Origin: Chrysomallon squamiferum
Lineage: Eukaryota > Animalia > Mollusca
Direction: 5' to 3'
Length of the DNA stretch: 64,000 nt
Assembly: GCA_012295275.1 (NCBI GenBank)
Contig: CM022667.1
Coordinates: 12,462,001-12,526,000, forward strand
Shown here: piece after piece, positions 13,613 through 25,851 of the stretch
Layout: every line of letters begins with the position of its first letter
Position numbering within the stretch: position 1 is the stretch's first letter
The notes under the pieces: model-generated
Seen by the model: the letters and a program-made list of their open reading frames with translations, nothing else
Told to the model about the DNA's origin: nothing
Database searches by the model: none
Program-made: the position numbers and the translations under genes

Positions 13613-14942
13613 AATGTAGGAAAGCGATAGATAGAGAGAGAGACAGACAGACAGATAGATAGCCTGATAAATAGATTATCAGTGAGTGTGTGTGTATGTA
13701 TTTGTGTGTGTGTGCGTTCGTTTGTGTGCGAGAGAGAAAGAATGTGAAAGTGAAGTAATGAGAATGAGAGAGAAATAGTAAGAAGAGAGACAGACAGAGA
13801 GAGAGAGAAAGAGACAGACAGACAGAAACAGAGCCAGACAGCCAGACAGACAGACAGCCAGAGGCGGAGGGAAGGAGGGAATGAAAGAAAGCCAATGATT
13901 ACATCTCTTAATAATGATATGTATGTGAGTACATTTGTATTATGTGCCTGTACATGGTTAATAGTTTATATATGGGTATATTATCTGGTTGGACCGGTAT
14001 GTGTGCGTGTTTTTATAGATGGTATGTATTTTTGTTCTATATATATATATATGACGGTGTCTGTATTCGACTATAGATGTATGCGTTTGATTTATGAATT
14101 TCAATTTGTTTTTTTACATTGATTAAATATGATTGTAAATAAACTTTACTTACCAGAAAGCAGATACTGTTCGGTTTGAACTTCGGTCATAGTTTGCTGA
14201 AATGTAGCGAGAAGTCTGCTCGATTCGGTTACATTCGTTGTTCGGCTTTGTTCGGCAACAGTCGCCACATGTCGACAGTTTAAAAGTCTCTGTATCGACC
14301 TTGGTATAAGACGATTTAATCAGGCTATATTCTTCACTGTTCGATTCTAGCCTGCTAAGAATATCTTCGAAATCGACGGAAGATATTTCACTAGGAACAG
14401 AATATTCTATTTTGTTATTTAGAAAAATCTGAAATAAATACATAAATAAATAAAGAATTAAGAGAATGACGAAAGAAGTGGAAAAACAGATAAATATACA
14501 GTGACTTTGTGAGTATGTGTGTGTGCGTGTATGGTCTTTTTATTGGCTGCAGGACACAATATCAGTGGACCACGAATACTGAATCAGTGGCGTGCAAGGG
14601 GGGATGAAGGAGCGTACAAATGGGGGGCATCCAATCATAAAAAAAAAAAAAATTAATAAATTTGGTTGATTTATATTTAAATCGAACAAAGTGGTTATTT
14701 TATGTTTCATCTGTGTTTACATATTCAAAATGTCTTCCTTTCTCATATTTCTCAGTGCTATACTTATACTTGAGTCTTTGGGGCAATATAATCAAGGAGT
14801 TGGCCCCGGGCTTCATCAAACCTCTGCACGCCACTGGACTGAATGGTAGTAGGTGAAAATGTCATTTAGCTATTTAGATAAAAAAAAAAACACACACACA
14901 CACACACACACCACATAACAGACAAGTAACAGTAAAGCAACA

Positions 14943-14980
<38 letters not shown>

Positions 14981-15016
14981 TAGTATAATTTTTAGAACTT
15001 GGACCTTCACAATGTA

Positions 15017-15073
<57 letters not shown>

Positions 15074-15875
15074 ACTGTTGTATAAGATAACGTTTCTTTC
15101 TGCAACCCTTTTTTTTGCCATTTTCTGTTACCTCGCTCTGAACTCGGATGCGCATGCGCGTGCTCCCAGTACTAATCTCTGCGAATGCGTATCTCTTTAC
15201 AAGTAAGTATTTTACAGTATTTAACGTACACTAACCCATCTACAGTAGATGGTTAAATTAATTACGCCTCTCCATCAAGCATGCCGAACAAAGTGGCTTA
15301 TCATCATCCCTACTTAACTCCCGCGTACATCGACTGTTTGGCTCGCATCCGACTTCTTTACATTCTACAAAAACACCGACGTTGCGTGCGGTGCCCCGAC
15401 AGCCACGACGACGACGTCCTAGCTCTAATGGTTTTGGAAGCAAATTAAGCGATACAAATAGATAATAATGCACCAGAATTAATTATCAGACATGGCGCTG
15501 CCCGCCGACGTTTCTGAGCAGATGTCAACAAGCGAGGTCACGGAAAGGTTAAGACTGGCAGGCAGGCAATGAACAAGAAGAACTGTGCAGACGTAGTGAA
15601 CAATTATACGAGTTTTTCTCGGTTATTAGCAATCAAAGAGCGACAAGAGAAAGCCTGCTGCTAAAATAGACGTACTGCGGATGTTGACGAAGGGAAAAAT
15701 CATTTGATACTGGAAAAAAAAAAAAAAAAAAAAAATTGATATTCGGAATAGCGATGTTGTAAAAATCTTTTATTTCGTTTTCACTAGCCAAGAGAAATTT
15801 TATAGCTGCTTGCCAGTATAGTTTTAAATATATATTAAATTAGTATTTTTACAGATATTAACATTAGCACACAGA

Positions 15876-15947
<72 letters not shown>

Positions 15948-18177
15948 AGCCAGAAACGGACTCTGTAATTATATATATGTTACCAGATACTTGATAAAAA
16001 AATAAACTGACAGAAACACACACATACACATCCATGGAACAATCTACGGTGTGCCATTATCAAAATGTTGATTTTAAACCACTCACAAGAACGAGAACAA
16101 GTGAGGATGTGTCCATGCAGTCTTGTAACAGTTGTTTTGATAGCATTCGCCGTATTTGTGTCACGTGGCACGAGGTTGACCAATTGTTGTCGAGGAGCTC
16201 CAGGCAGTAATTATTCTTAGCACAGTAATTCCTCAGAGTAGGATATATTTTGTTTTCGACAATTGTTCTCTCGCTGATGCTGTCTGAAACAGAAAGAAGA
16301 TAATGAAAACAAGATTTTAATAAAGAGTAGCCAAGAAAGACAGAGAGAGCGAAAAAAAAAAAAAAATAAAAATCCGCTGAAAATTAAAATCAAGTCGTGA
16401 TGCCCGGATGTTTAAATTACCCATACTAATGAGCTTTAAAGTTTTCACTTGTTCTTCTTTTATTTCTTTGCACTTTTCTTTGTTTCTTCTCATTGTTGTT
16501 GTTGTTGTTTCTTTATTACTGTTTTACTACCATTTTATAATAATAACAACAACAATTACTATTACTGTTGTTGTTAGTCTTGTTTTTGTTGTTCTTTGAT
16601 TATTATTACAATAAAATACGATTATGTTTTACTATATAGTGTTATCTTTTTTGTCATCATAATCGTAATCGTTATTACTACTACTACTACTACCTACTAC
16701 TACTACTACTACCACTACTACTACTACTTCTGCTGCTGCTGCCACCACTACTACTACTATTAATCTCCCGAATTGCAGCTTAAGTACTGAAATTGCTATT
16801 TCGATTTTTTCCCATCTGATGGGCTCAGGTGCAGTTCTAAATTACCGATTGAACCAGATTATCCAAATATCTATAATTAAAAGCTTTTACAAAAATAAAC
16901 AGATGAAATTAGGTAACCTAAAAAACCCAAAAAAACCGGTGTAATGTGTTGGAGCGTCATGGCATCATCATACGGTATGATAAGAATAGTATATGGTAAG
17001 AAATAGCAACATGGTGTATATTTAGGTAAATGTTTAAAAAAAAAAGTAAGGCCTGTAAATTGATAAAAATAAACTGAACAAAATACGTCATAAAATATAT
17101 ATATATTATAAACATTTAAAAAGAAAAAAAAAAAAAAGATAAACCAGTTTCTTACCACTTCCGCATGCCACCACATACAGAGTGATCACTCTTGGTTTGA
17201 CGTCACTGTGGTTCTCCACGTGACCTTTCAGCAGACGATACACGGGCTCGGGAATAAACTGCAACTCCGACGCCTCCTTCTTAGCGCGTCTGGGGGTCGT
17301 GCCCGCGCTGGCGCACTCCATCGTCATCGACGTTATGGACGGCACCAAGCTCCGGACGTCCGGACTGTCCGGCGTCTTTAAACCGGACTCTCTGTCCGGA
17401 ACGATGATGGCGTCGTTCGGTGCCAACGAATGCTCGTCGTTTTGAAAGTTGCTGTCGATGCTTTGAGGTAAAACTTTCGGCGTCACGCGGACTTCGACAC
17501 CGCTGGATGACGTGGCGCTTTCGTTGCGCTCTGCCTTTCTTGTACCTCCGCATCTCTCCTTCTTCAACCTGCAATGTGATCCTGCACGTTGTAGAATTGT
17601 ACGTACCTATATACGTACATACATACATACATACATACTTACATACGTACGTACGTACATACATACATACATAATACGTACATACATACGTACATACATG
17701 CATACGTACATACATACATACGTACATACATACATACATACATACATACGTACATACATACATACATACATACGTACATACATACATACGTACATACATA
17801 CATACGTACATACATACACATATACATACATACATACATACATATGCATGCATATATATTTACATATACATAATATACATATATACACACATAAACATAT
17901 ACATACATACATACATTTACACATATGTACGTACCGACACACATACATACATATATAAATATATATACGTATTCATTCAATATATACACACATAAACATA
18001 TACATACATACATACATTTTCAGAGAGAGTTTTTAGAGAGAGAGAGAGAGAGAGAACGACACACATCTAAACATAAATATATAAATATATATATATGAGT
18101 AAGCGAGAGAAAAACAGAATGAATTCATACATATGAAAACAAGTTAGAATTAGTGAGAAAATAAAAGAATGAGAAAT

Positions 18178-18240
<63 letters not shown>

Positions 18241-18401
18241 CAAAAGGTTTTTATCTAAACTAAAGAACGAACTCAAAATGAGAAATGCAAAAAAGACAAA
18301 ATGAGTAAGCGAGAGAAAAAACAGAATGAATTAAGTGAGAAAACAAAAGGATGAGTAAATGAGTAAATAAAAGAAGATGAGAGAGAGAATAAAAGAGAAT
18401 A

Positions 18402-18442
<41 letters not shown>

Positions 18443-18606
18443 AGGAGAATGAAAACAACTAAAGTGAATGAGAAAAAAAACTACAGTGAGAAAGAATGTG
18501 AGAGAAAGAGAAAAAGATTGGAAAAAAAAAAAATCAAAGAATAATTTAAACTTTACCTTCCAATGGATGCGGAACTTTCTGTAGGAGATGAACACGAGAT
18601 TCCCAT
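4245..18606 (-). CDS. NACHT and WD40 repeat domain-containing protein (NWD1/NWD2-like STAND NTPase), 11 coding exons, ~1320 aa, with an apparent frameshift in exon 4
   Basis: Exons 5'->3': 18606-18557, 17568-17156, 16283-16087, 14428-14154, 11373-10999, 8851-8511, 8161-7955, 7579-5972, 5731-5547, 5063-4927, 4423-4245. All have AG acceptors and GT donors except one GC. Phases match at every junction except exon4/5. N-terminal VITLYVVACGSD..ERTIVENKIYPTLRNYC..LELLDNNW resembles the DUF4062-like N-terminus of NWD proteins. Walker A GPPGCGKS, RFCG motif, Walker B LVILLD, then WD-like repeats (IVIWDLNSG, LKVYDL, LLVWNL, FLVWDL, VCLWDY). Confidence 0.88.
7580..7954 (-). other. GC-AG intron in the NWD-like gene
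   Basis: Exon ends ...ACA GAG|GCAAGA; phase 0 matches the next exon (acceptor GACAG|TTC TGT GAA). The only nearby in-phase GT alternative (ATC|GTAGAG) is a poor consensus. Confidence 0.7.
8685..8708 (-). other. Walker A (P-loop) of the NACHT domain
   Basis: Encodes GPPGCGKS within PIVLHGPPGCGKSSVIAK in exon 8851-8511. Confidence 0.9.
9952..9976 (+). repeat. Inverted copy (23/25 nt) of the NWD exon-5 splice acceptor region (partner 11360..11384)
   Basis: + strand ATATATTACAGCTCAAGAAGACGAA versus minus strand of 11360..11384 ATATACTGCAGCTCAAGAAGACGAA; 17-nt perfect core. Confidence 0.8.
14585..14836. mobile_element. hAT-type MITE (non-autonomous DNA transposon), 252 bp, in NWD intron 3
   Basis: 12-bp perfect TIR CAGTGGCGTGCA / TGCACGCCACTG, flanked by near-identical 8-bp target duplications TACTGAAT (14577..14584) and GACTGAAT (14837..14844). 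8-bp TSDs are typical of hAT elements. Confidence 0.8.
17585..18020. repeat. Compound (TACA)n/(TACG)n microsatellite
   Basis: Directly visible; source of the spurious MYVC/HTYI ORFs. Confidence 0.9.
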
Positions 18607-19397
18607 GCAGCCGATCGTCAAGAAGCAGACGTCAATATTGGCTCGAAGCAGACGATAAAATCAAAATCTCTGTCGACGTTTTCTTCATCCTTCTTCTTCT
18701 TATTATTAACATGAGTAGCAATTGTGGTGGTTATAGTGGAAGTTGTTACGGGAATGGCAGTAGTATCTGCTGTTGTTGTAGTAGTAGTAGTATGGTGGTA
18801 GTGATTTCCTGATGTTACAGCACCAGAAGCGATAATTGCCAACTCTTCTTCTTCTCTGTTATCGATTAGCTTAACAATCCATAATAATACACAGGTTACT
18901 GATTGTACAGTAATGTGCACCACATTACACAGTCGTTCATGTCTTTTTTTCTTTTTTCGCTCTTTTTTTTTTTTTAGATATTTACTGATAAATATTATTT
19001 TTTTTTTTTTTTTTCCAACCTTCTGATATTTTCACCGATGACTGTATCTGCAGTAATTATAATTCAGTTAGATGTTGTTTTTTGTTATTTTGTTTTTTTT
19101 TTTTTTTATCGGAAAACTGTTTTCTGCATCCGCTCAATTAAATACATCCATCAAGTTAATTCAATATGTTCCACTAGCTTACCAGATTACATTCGTTGTT
19201 GGTGTCTCCTTAGCCTGTTCAAATGTAATTCAGTATTAGTTTTGTTAATTATATGTGACTGATAACATTATTCATATTATTATTATATACATTATGTATT
19301 TGCCTTGAGTTCATGGCCTTTTTCATTTTTATTTGTTTTCTCATTACCTATTTGCTTTTATTTTATTTTATTTTATATTATCATTACTATTATTATT

Positions 19398-19437
<40 letters not shown>

Positions 19438-19494
19438 TTTTTTTTTTTTTGATTGCTGTTGTTATTTTATTTTTATTTTATTTCCCTTTTTATA

Positions 19495-19544
<50 letters not shown>

Positions 19545-20592
19545 TTTTGATTTATTTTTTGGTTGCTGCTGTTGTTATTTAATTTTTATTTTATTTTAAT
19601 TTTTTCCCCTAATTCCTTCTTTTTCTTCTTCTTCTTTTTTCTGTCGTTCACTGATCGTTCTAGAGTTATCTGCTCTTTACTGCACTCTTTACTCTTGAGT
19701 GCTAATTATTTGTTCTTCTCCCTGTTTAATTTTTCATCTGCCGCTTGTTTTATTGATCATGATTTTATTTGCTCACTTTTTATCTTTACATTTTTTTTTT
19801 TTTTTTTTTTTATCGTCTGTTGATTTTTCTGCTCTGGGTTTTATCAGTAAATATCTTAATTATTACTGATATAATTTACTCTCCACTTTACCGATTTTTT
19901 CGTATTTTCGGAGTAGAACATTATGTTTGTTTTAATGTGTGTTTTACACTTTTTTTTTCTCTCTCTAATATAGCAATCAAAGCAGTATTGGCTACAGAGT
20001 CCAGCTGAATAAAATTAAAATAGACTCGCCTAGTTATTTATTTATTTATTTAAAAATTTTCTTGTGGCAGGAAATTAATAACTAAAATATATGATACCAC
20101 TGTCCGATTAAATTCGTCTGACAACAACGACAACGACAACAACAACTTCAACTATAATAATAATATAATAATAATAACAGCAACAACAACAACATAATAA
20201 TAATAATATGAAGAAAAGCAGAACAACAACAACAACAACATACTAATAATAAATATTACTAACAACAACAACAGTAAATAAATAAATAAATAAATGAATA
20301 TTATTGAAGATAAGGTACATTAAGAAACAAAGACCATAACTAAAACAAACAATAAAAGCTTTTTAGCTCTCTCTTCATTAGTCATATATCATAACAACCT
20401 GTCTGAATTTTCTTATCTCTACTAAATATCCATCTACTCGGTTCATTTAATGTTTTGTTGTTTGTTAGTGTTTTTCCTTCTGTTGCTGTAGTTACTATTG
20501 TTCTTGTTTTATCTTCATATTAATAGTTTCCTAAATGACGTTTTATGAACTACAAAGGTTGAAAAATCATGTAGCTCAATAAAAAGAAAATA

Positions 20593-20658
<66 letters not shown>

Positions 20659-20849
20659 CCTACCTACCTACCTATCTATCTATCTATCTATATATATTTT
20701 TATATATTGAAGATATCTTTACCTTGGCGATCTTTGGAATCTTTTGAATTTTTAAAAATGTCCTTGTTCATAAACTGAAATATGAAATTCAGACACTTAA
20801 AAAAGCAAATCTTGGTAATATATATATATATATATATTACCAATATTTG

Positions 20850-20982
<133 letters not shown>

Positions 20983-22273
20983 TACTATGTGTATGTCTAG
21001 TTTAACATATGGTCTAACAGAAGGCTTTTGTAACTGTTGATATGTCCGTCCGTTTGTATATGTGTTTTTGCCAGTTATTTTACATATTTATCTGTTTACA
21101 CACCTCTTTCTTGCTCGGTTTGTTAACAACACAATGAATTGTCTGTTTCTACGTTGTTGTTGTTGTTGTTGTTGTTGTTTTCTGTTTCTATCTGTGTTAC
21201 GTAAATTTTAAAACGTGACTTCATCTTATTAGAGATTTGCATGACTTTTATGACTGAAATTCGATTAAACTTATAGTGCAATGATTTATCTATTATTCCT
21301 CGACAACAAAAAAGACAATCTGCATTGATTTTACTCTTTTTCTTTTTTTTTAAATTGACTTTTTGCTTATTATTATTATTATATATTAATTAAAAATAAA
21401 CAAAGGTATATGCATGCACACACAAACACACACACACACAACACAAATACACATACACACACAACACAAATACATACACACACACAACACAAATACACAG
21501 ACACACAACACAAATACACAGACACACACACACACACACACACACATAATCACAAACACGTCATGCTGACTTATATATATTACACCCAGTAGGTTTATAT
21601 TTCAAACTAATTATTTTATAACAGACTGTCCCGAAGAAGGGCGGACAGATGTGGACTGAAGCAGTATTTATGTCCTGTTTATACACCAACTTAAATTAGA
21701 AGAGTTATAATTAATAGTGCCTTGCCTATAGCACAAAAAATAAATTAATTAATGTATGTTGAAATATTTTTATAAATATTTTTCCTTTACTTTTTTCTTC
21801 TTTATTTCATTTTTAATTTCAGGCATGTATACATGCATTCGTACATACATGCATACATACATACATAGGTATATACATACAAACATACATACGTACATAC
21901 AAACGCGAAACAGATGTATATAGACAAAAACGATTACGAACTTATGCACCAACAGTTTAAACATACAGTTAATTTTAATATACCTATATTTTGAGTACAG
22001 TGTACCAAAATACAGATAATTTTAATATAGCTTTTGTCTTCGATGTACTGTTATTTTCAGTACACAGTAATAATCCGTGTTGCGTTTTTAAAATACAGTT
22101 AATTTTAATATACCTTTAGCTTCAATGTACCTGTTATTTTCAGTACGATGTAATAACATTTTCAAAACACTGTTAACTTTAACTTTATTTTTATTTTCAA
22201 TATACTGTTATTTTCAGTACTATGTATTGTTATGTGCAATACAATGTACTTCCATTTTCAGCAGGTAATCATT

Positions 22274-22306
<33 letters not shown>

Positions 22307-22671
22307 TTATTTTCAGTTGCACTATATCAAGTACACTATATTTTTAAATATATTGTTTTAATTCCGTTTTTATTGCAGTAAATTTCCACAGAGACTAGTT
22401 AAACCATTTTTGTCATTAGAGGAACTGTAATGGCATGGCCGTAAATTCTTTCTCGTAAATTCTTTCTAAGTACAATCGGTTCTGACGTTAAGACACAAAA
22501 GAAAATAATTACTATCTATTCCAGCTTCAGTTAAGACAAGACAGTGATATTTACCGCTAATAAAAGTATTTATTCAGACTTTTTAATCATCCCACGGTAT
22601 CTAAGGGATACGGGAAGTGATTGAACTTTAACGTGATTAAAACTCATTACTGCAAATGTTATGTAGTTAAG

Positions 22672-22880
22672 TTAATTTATTATAGTATAGATGATTATAT
22701 ATACACACACATACATACATACATACATATATACATACATACATTAATTTATTATAGTATAGATGATTTTATATATACACACATACACACATACATACAT
22801 ATATATATATACATACATTAATTTATTATAGTATAGATGATTATATATACAGACACATACATACATACATACATACTTAG
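22672..22880. repeat. Minisatellite, 3 copies of a ~73 bp unit
   Basis: TTAATTTATTATAGTATAGATGATT..TATATACAC recurs near 22672, 22744 and 22817. Confidence 0.85.
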
Positions 22881-23038
22881 ATACTTACACATATACACAT
22901 ACATACATACGAAATACACAATATACAATAATAGTCAATAGTACAAAGATATTTTGGTTATTATCAAAATGCAGTTCTGAATTTACTAAAATAACAGATT
23001 CGTAATATGGACTGTTTAAAAAAAAAAGGTTAAAATGA

Positions 23039-23106
<68 letters not shown>

Positions 23107-23249
23107 AACAAATATTCACTTTCTGTAACCAACTGATTTTAACAAAAGACTTGACTAAAATTTGCTACAAATATTCACGGATATTACAAATATTTACCCT
23201 ACACAGCCATAGAAGGATACTATTCTTACATACATACATACATACATAC

Positions 23250-23640
23250 ACACATACGTACGTATTCTTATATACATGCACACATACGTACGTACGTACC
23301 TATTTTATATACATACATACATACACACATACGTACGTATTTTATATACATACATACATACATATATATATATATACATATTATATATATACAGATACGT
23401 ACGTACGCACGTATCTATTCTTATATACATATATATATATACACATATGTACGCACGTACCTATTCTTATATACATATTATATACATACATGCACACGTA
23501 CGTACGCACGTACCTATTCTTATATACATATTATATACATACATGCACACGTACGTGCGTACGTACCTATTCTTATATACATATTATATACATACATGCA
23601 CACATACGTACGTACGTACGTACCTATATACATACATACA
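23250..23640. repeat. Minisatellite, ~55 bp unit
   Basis: CGTACCTATTCTTATATACATATTATATACATACATGCAC recurs near 23456, 23509 and 23562, with degenerate copies upstream. Confidence 0.8.
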
Positions 23641-24089
23641 TATATACATACATACATACACATACATATATACATACATACAGAGATACGTACGTACTAG
23701 TGTGCTAACATACCTACGTTATATACATACATACAAACATACGCATACCCCAAAAATGAAAGAAATCGCTGACCATTTTTGCACGTGGACCACACATACG
23801 AACAAACCATTTAAGAAAAATATCAAACGTTATTCACAAAACAACACAGGCGACGTACCTGTCACGTTACGTGCAGGAAATGATTCGCACGTGATTCACG
23901 TTTCTACCCAGCAGACGACACAAATTATGTTTCGGTGGTCACGGAATCTCACGTTTGTATGAGAACGACTAAACATCGCCGACAAATCAGATGTAAAACT
24001 AAGCTTTATTGATCGATTATCGATCGAGATAACTTCACCATTTTCTTTGAATCAAACTAGACCTGCTGTATTCTCTCACCTAGCGTACA

Positions 24090-24243
24090 GTTGCCATGGT
24101 AACAAATGCAAACTCGCTTCGGCATTACGTCACACTGACGTCAATTGTTCCAGGGCACAAAGAAAGGCAAGAGTGTGTTTATTTTTTATTTATTATTATT
24201 TCTTCTTTTTTTTCTGTCGCGAATGTACCAAGCGACCAATCAG
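24090..24243 (-). promoter_or_regulatory. Putative promoter of the NWD-like gene: RFX X-box, tandem CRE sites, CCAAT box
   Basis: GTTGCCATGGTAAC (24090..24103, near-perfect X-box palindrome), TTACGTCA (24125..24132), TGACGTCA (24136..24143), GACCAATCAG (24234..24243), plus a second X-box-like GTGCATGGCAAC (24466..24477). Locally CpG-richer. Minus-strand donor-like sites near 23857 and 20723 suit 5' UTR exons. Confidence 0.6.
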
Positions 24244-25791
24244 AAATTATCTATACAGACTTACACCGTTCTCGAAATCGATTGTTGAAGTATCAGGTTA
24301 ATTATCGTGATGCCAAATAAAGCGCATTTCCTTCTCCGTCTTCTTCTTTGTATTTTTATTGCTTGTTCTTTTTTTGCTTTTATTTTTTTATTCTTTTATT
24401 ATTCTTTTTTTTTTTTTATCGTTATTTTCACTTTCTTGCTCTTCAGTATTGAAGGTATTTCAAATGTGCATGGCAACAAGAGTTCTAAATGCGAAATGTA
24501 TATTTCTGAGTAATATGTTGTATCCATGACAACTACATGCATACGTATTTTAATCATCATCATCATCAGCAGCAGCAGCATAACAAAATTATCATCATCA
24601 TCATTTTCATTATTATTGTTTGTGTGGCAAAATTATCATGATATCATTTTCATTATTTTTTTCTTGCTATTACTGCTTGCTTTTGTTGCTGGATTTTTTG
24701 TTGTTGTTGTTGATGTCGTTGTTTCTTCTTCTTCATATTATTAATAGGTTTTTTTTTCTTCTTTTTTTTTTTTTTAGATATTTTCAACCATTATCTTAAT
24801 ATTAAGATTTTTTATATTTTAACATTTTTTTTTTTATGATGATAGAAAATAAGAAATTTGTTGTCCTAGCTGTAAAATTTACTAATATCACTTTTAATGA
24901 TGGCACAAAGACTATTTTTGTCTCATGTAAACCATCTCACACCAAGGTATTTTATGCACCAGATATGAAGGCTGGTTTGAATGGGATATTGGTTACTAAC
25001 AATTTTAGTCTTTGTGCTTTGTTACTAAATCTACTAGCGTATACGTTAAATCTATTTGAAAGAGAAGAAAAGGGGAAAAAAAACAACAATAATAATTCAA
25101 AAAATGGAAAAAAGATAGAACGATAACGTAATAAAATATTGACATTACGCATGTCTCTAACAATTAATCACTTCATGTCAGATTTTTCATTTTTGGTATT
25201 AAATCTTCAATTGTTTGCTTTATCTATTCACTTTAGCAACTGAATTTTACTTAAAGATAAAAAAAATTAAACATTTATCTTTTTTTTTTTTTTTGCTTTT
25301 AAAATCAATATTTTAGAATTGTCTAAATACATTTTGTTTGTTCTGCCTTACTGATTCATTATCTGATAAAGCAAATGATTTTTAAATTTTAATTTAAAAT
25401 TTTTAAATAATAATAATAATAATAAAGAAAAAGAATAAAGAAATAAATAAAAAGGAAAAAGGAATCATTTTTAAATCTCTCTGAATATATTTTAAAAATA
25501 TTTTATTTCATTATATTAATATATCATCACTTTGTTGTTGGAATTATGTATTGATCGAATGACGAAAGTAATAAGCACATATTCGAACTATTATTGAACT
25601 ATGAATATGCACAGGGGAACCTATATTGATAGATAATAGATAGTCAGACAGACGGATATAGATACAGATATAGATATAGATATAATGAATAATAATGACG
25701 AAGATGATGATAAAGAAGAAGTTGGGTGAAAAATTAATGTAATAATAATAATATTAATAATAATAATAATAATAATGACAATAATAATGAC

Positions 25792-25851
<60 letters not shown>

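Noticed and set aside
14278-14284. UUUAAAC as a classical -1 ribosomal slippery site
   Set aside because: The heptamer is in the wrong register for the incoming frame, and the shift required is +1, not -1.
22672-23640. CRISPR-like regularly spaced repeats
   Set aside because: Eukaryotic context, spacers are microsatellite-like rather than unique, no cas genes; these are minisatellites.
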